Of a DNA stretch of 64,000 nucleotides, positions 61,449 through 64,000 are shown one piece after another. The DNA is from Eledone cirrhosa. Its lineage: Eukaryota. Both the position numbers and the translations under genes were made by a program. The notes beneath the pieces are model-generated. The model made no database searches. It was not told the origin of the DNA and saw only the letters and a list, made by a program, of their open reading frames with translations. Within the stretch, counting starts at the first letter, position 1. Each line of letters opens with the position of its first letter. Where the stretch lies: NCBI GenBank assembly GCA_964016885.1, contig OZ024743.1, positions 173,476,001-173,540,000 of the forward strand. The letters run 5' to 3'.

Positions 61449-63322
61449 CCGAAGGACTGGCATAGCAGCATCATCGTTAACTGTTATAAGGGTAAAGGAG
61501 ATGCCCTAGATAGGAGTAACTATAGAGGCATTAAACTAATCGACCAGGTCATGAAGGTCACGGAAAAAGTAATAGCGCAACTAATCAGAGAGAGAATTGA
61601 CCTAGATGAAATGCAGTTCGGGTTTGTGTCAGGCAAAAGTACCACAGACGCTCTTTTCATTGTACGTCAACTACAGGAGAAGTACCTAGCTAAAGGTAAA
61701 CCCCTCAACTTAGCTTTTGTCGACTTGGAGAAAGCCTTCGACAGAGTCCCCCGTTCCATTATCTGGTGGGCCCTTAGAAAACTAGGTGTCGACGAATGGC
61801 TTGTGAGAGCTATACAAGCCATGTATAAAGAAACAGTCAGCAAGGTTAGAATTAACAACGAATATAGTGAAGAGTTTAGCGTAAAAGTTGGCGTCCATCA
61901 GGGCTCTGTTCTCAGCCCCCTACTATTTATTATTGCCCTTCAGGCTATAACAGAGGAGTTTAAGACCGGCTGCCCATGGGAACTCCTATACGCAGATGAT
62001 CTAACGCTCATAGCTGAATCAATGGCCGAGCTAGAGAAGAAATTCCAAACATGGAAGCACAGCCTAGAATCAAAAGGCCTTAAAATTAACCTGGCTAAGA
62101 CTAAAGTTCTAGTTTGTAGGAAAGAAAATAAGGCGCCGGTCCCTTCCGGGAAATGGCCATGCTCAGTGTGTAGGAAAGGCGTAGGTAGAAACTCCATTTT
62201 ATGTCCCAAATGCAAAGTATGGGTGCATAAAAGATGTAGTGGGATCACAGGTAAGCTAACTAAGAACTTAGATTTTACATGTGGGCGGTGCTCTGGTGCA
62301 ATAAGTAGCAGCGAGTGCCCACAAAATACTAACTCTTTCAATTGCGCAGAGGGCTCTATAGAAATAGTGGACAGCTTCCGTTACCTGGGTGACAAAATCA
62401 GCAGTGGGGGAGGGTGCTCCGAAAGTACAGTAGCTAGAGTCAGAACTGGATGGAAAAAGTTCAGAGAGCTTATACCACTATTAGCCGCTAAAGGGTTCTC
62501 CCTAAAAATGAAAGGCAGGTTGTATGATGCCTGCATACGAACAGCAATGTTGCATGGCAGTGAGACCTGGGCATTGTGCGCAGAGGATATACGCAGACTA
62601 GAGAGGAACGAAGCATGCATGCTCCGCTGGATGTGTAATAGTAATATACGTGAACGGCAAAGCATAAACGAACTAAGGAAAAAATTAGAAATAAGAGGGA
62701 TCAGATGTTGTTTACTCGAGAGAAGGCTACGTTGGTACGGACACGTGATGCGCATGAAAGTCGATAGCTGTATAACAAAGTGCAGGGCAATAAAGATAGA
62801 CGGTAGCCACGGAATAGGCAGACCTAGAAAATCCTGGGACGAGCTGATAAACTCCGACCTCACACACTTACACCTCTCCAAGACAATGTCACTGGACCGA
62901 GACCTTTGGCGGTACTCAGTAATAGAGAAGACCCGCCTTACCTAAATACATAGTAAAACCTACTACAGCCAGTAGGCATCTCTAACAAAATACACCCCTG
63001 TCCCCCCACCCACACCCCCATCCACACCACCTCCTCCTATGTAAAGTTATGTTGGTGCCACAACATCCAGGCCGAAACAAATGAGATCGTGTAGGTGTCA
63101 CGACAAAAAAACACAGTCCACGCTGTAATGTGGCCGTGTAGGCAACACGGTAAAAACCTCCCAGTCCCACACTGTAAATGTGGTTGGTGTTAGGAAGGGC
63201 ATCCAACTGTAGAAAACCTGCCAGACAGTCCTATGCGAGCAAGACAATCATTCTTGCCTCAAGTGGGAATACCCCCGTCCAAACCCATGCAAGCGTGGAA
63301 CACAGACGTTAAACGTTGATGA

Positions 63323-63325
<3 letters not shown>
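61449..63325 (+). mobile_element. Young RTE LINE, 5'-truncated, uninterrupted ORF
   Basis: Starts within RT (IPKDW..NYRGIKL); ends TTGATGATGAT. Confidence 0.95.
61551..62945 (+). CDS. RTE reverse transcriptase with embedded C4HC3 finger (partial ORF)
   Basis: QFGF, FVDLEKAFD, GVHQGSVLSP, LLYADD, FRYLG, RRLRWYGHVMR, GRPRK. Confidence 0.93.
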   Translation: MKVTEKVIAQLIRERIDLDEMQFGFVSGKSTTDALFIVRQLQEKYLAKGKPLNLAFVDLEKAFDRVPRSIIWWALRKLGVDEWLVRAIQAMYKETVSKVRINNEYSEEFSVKVGVHQGSVLSPLLFIIALQAITEEFKTGCPWELLYADDLTLIAESMAELEKKFQTWKHSLESKGLKINLAKTKVLVCRKENKAPVPSGKWPCSVCRKGVGRNSILCPKCKVWVHKRCSGITGKLTKNLDFTCGRCSGAISSSECPQNTNSFNCAEGSIEIVDSFRYLGDKISSGGGCSESTVARVRTGWKKFRELIPLLAAKGFSLKMKGRLYDACIRTAMLHGSETWALCAEDIRRLERNEACMLRWMCNSNIRERQSINELRKKLEIRGIRCCLLERRLRWYGHVMRMKVDSCITKCRAIKIDGSHGIGRPRKSWDELINSDLTHLHLSKTMSLDRDLWRYSVIEKTRLT

Positions 63326-63372
<47 letters not shown>

Positions 63373-63379
<7 letters not shown>

Positions 63380-63638
63380 TGTAATAAACAACATAAGGCA
63401 ATTATTTACCAGTGGTTTCTTAAAAGCAAAAAATTTTGCTTTCAATCATCAGAATGAAAAAATCCTGGTGTATTTATTGATATTGGATTCTAAAAACAAA
63501 AATTTTTGTTTTTAGAATCCAATATCAATAAATACACCAGGATTTTTTTCATTCTGATGATTGAAAGCGAAATTTTTTGCTTTTAAGAAACCACTGGTAA
63601 ATGGAATAATTCCCTTATGTTGTTTATTACATAACTAT
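63373..63638. repeat. Spacer-less palindrome, ~130-bp arms, centre 63502/63503
   Basis: ..GATTCTAAAAACAAAAA|TTTTTGTTTTTAGAATC.. Confidence 0.92.
63548..63605 (+). ncRNA. Type I hammerhead ribozyme (mirror 63404-63458, -)
   Basis: TTCATT-CTGATGA-TTGAAAGCG..TGCTTTTAA-GAAA-CCactGG-TA-AATGGA. Confidence 0.76.
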
Positions 63639-64000
63639 TAAGCTCTGTTACCTACATAGAGCACTCTTTTTTCCTGGACTTTTCCGACGGAATTACTTTA
63701 TATATATATATATATATATATATACCATAGAACATGTCTATAGAATCACCAGATAAAATATATACCATTTCCTCTCCCAATTAGCATAATTAACTATATA
63801 AAAAATCGAATAGACCAGGCTATAAGAATAAGGCTTCTATGAAGAAATCTCCAACAAATAACCGAAACTAGCCATTCGCGTCGGCTGCGACGAAATATTT
63901 ATCGAATATTTCGACAGCGTAATCGCCCAGATACAGTCATTTAAAGAGAATTAGGTGTAAAATAAACTAGGAGAAAAGATAATACATTTATTTACCTCTA

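Noticed and set aside
61667-62881. Antisense ORFs over RTE and PLE coding regions
   Set aside because: Shadow ORFs of the retroelement frames

Overview
AT-rich, gene-poor eukaryotic DNA made almost entirely of repeats. A cephalopod (octopus-like) genome is inferred from the CORE-type tRNA-SINEs with RTE tails and the extreme (TA)n content. No host protein-coding gene is supported. Contents: several decayed RTE-clade LINEs (one family has a C4HC3 PHD-like finger inside the RT region), at least five Penelope-like element (PLE) copies or fragments, a Tigger/pogo relic, CR1 and CRE-like LINE fragments, two tRNA-derived SINE families, a ~3.8 kb 48-bp minisatellite grown from an RTE 3' UTR, and long (TA)/(TG) tracts. 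The most striking signal is about a dozen loci with type I hammerhead ribozyme (HHR) motifs, read by eye. They lie at PLE 3' ends and inside non-coding, (TA)n-flanked fold-back or tandem-plus-inverted cassettes with unrelated sequences. These resemble non-autonomous, retrozyme-like PLE derivatives, and some carry the compensatory U3:A8 core. All ribozyme calls are manual and untested.
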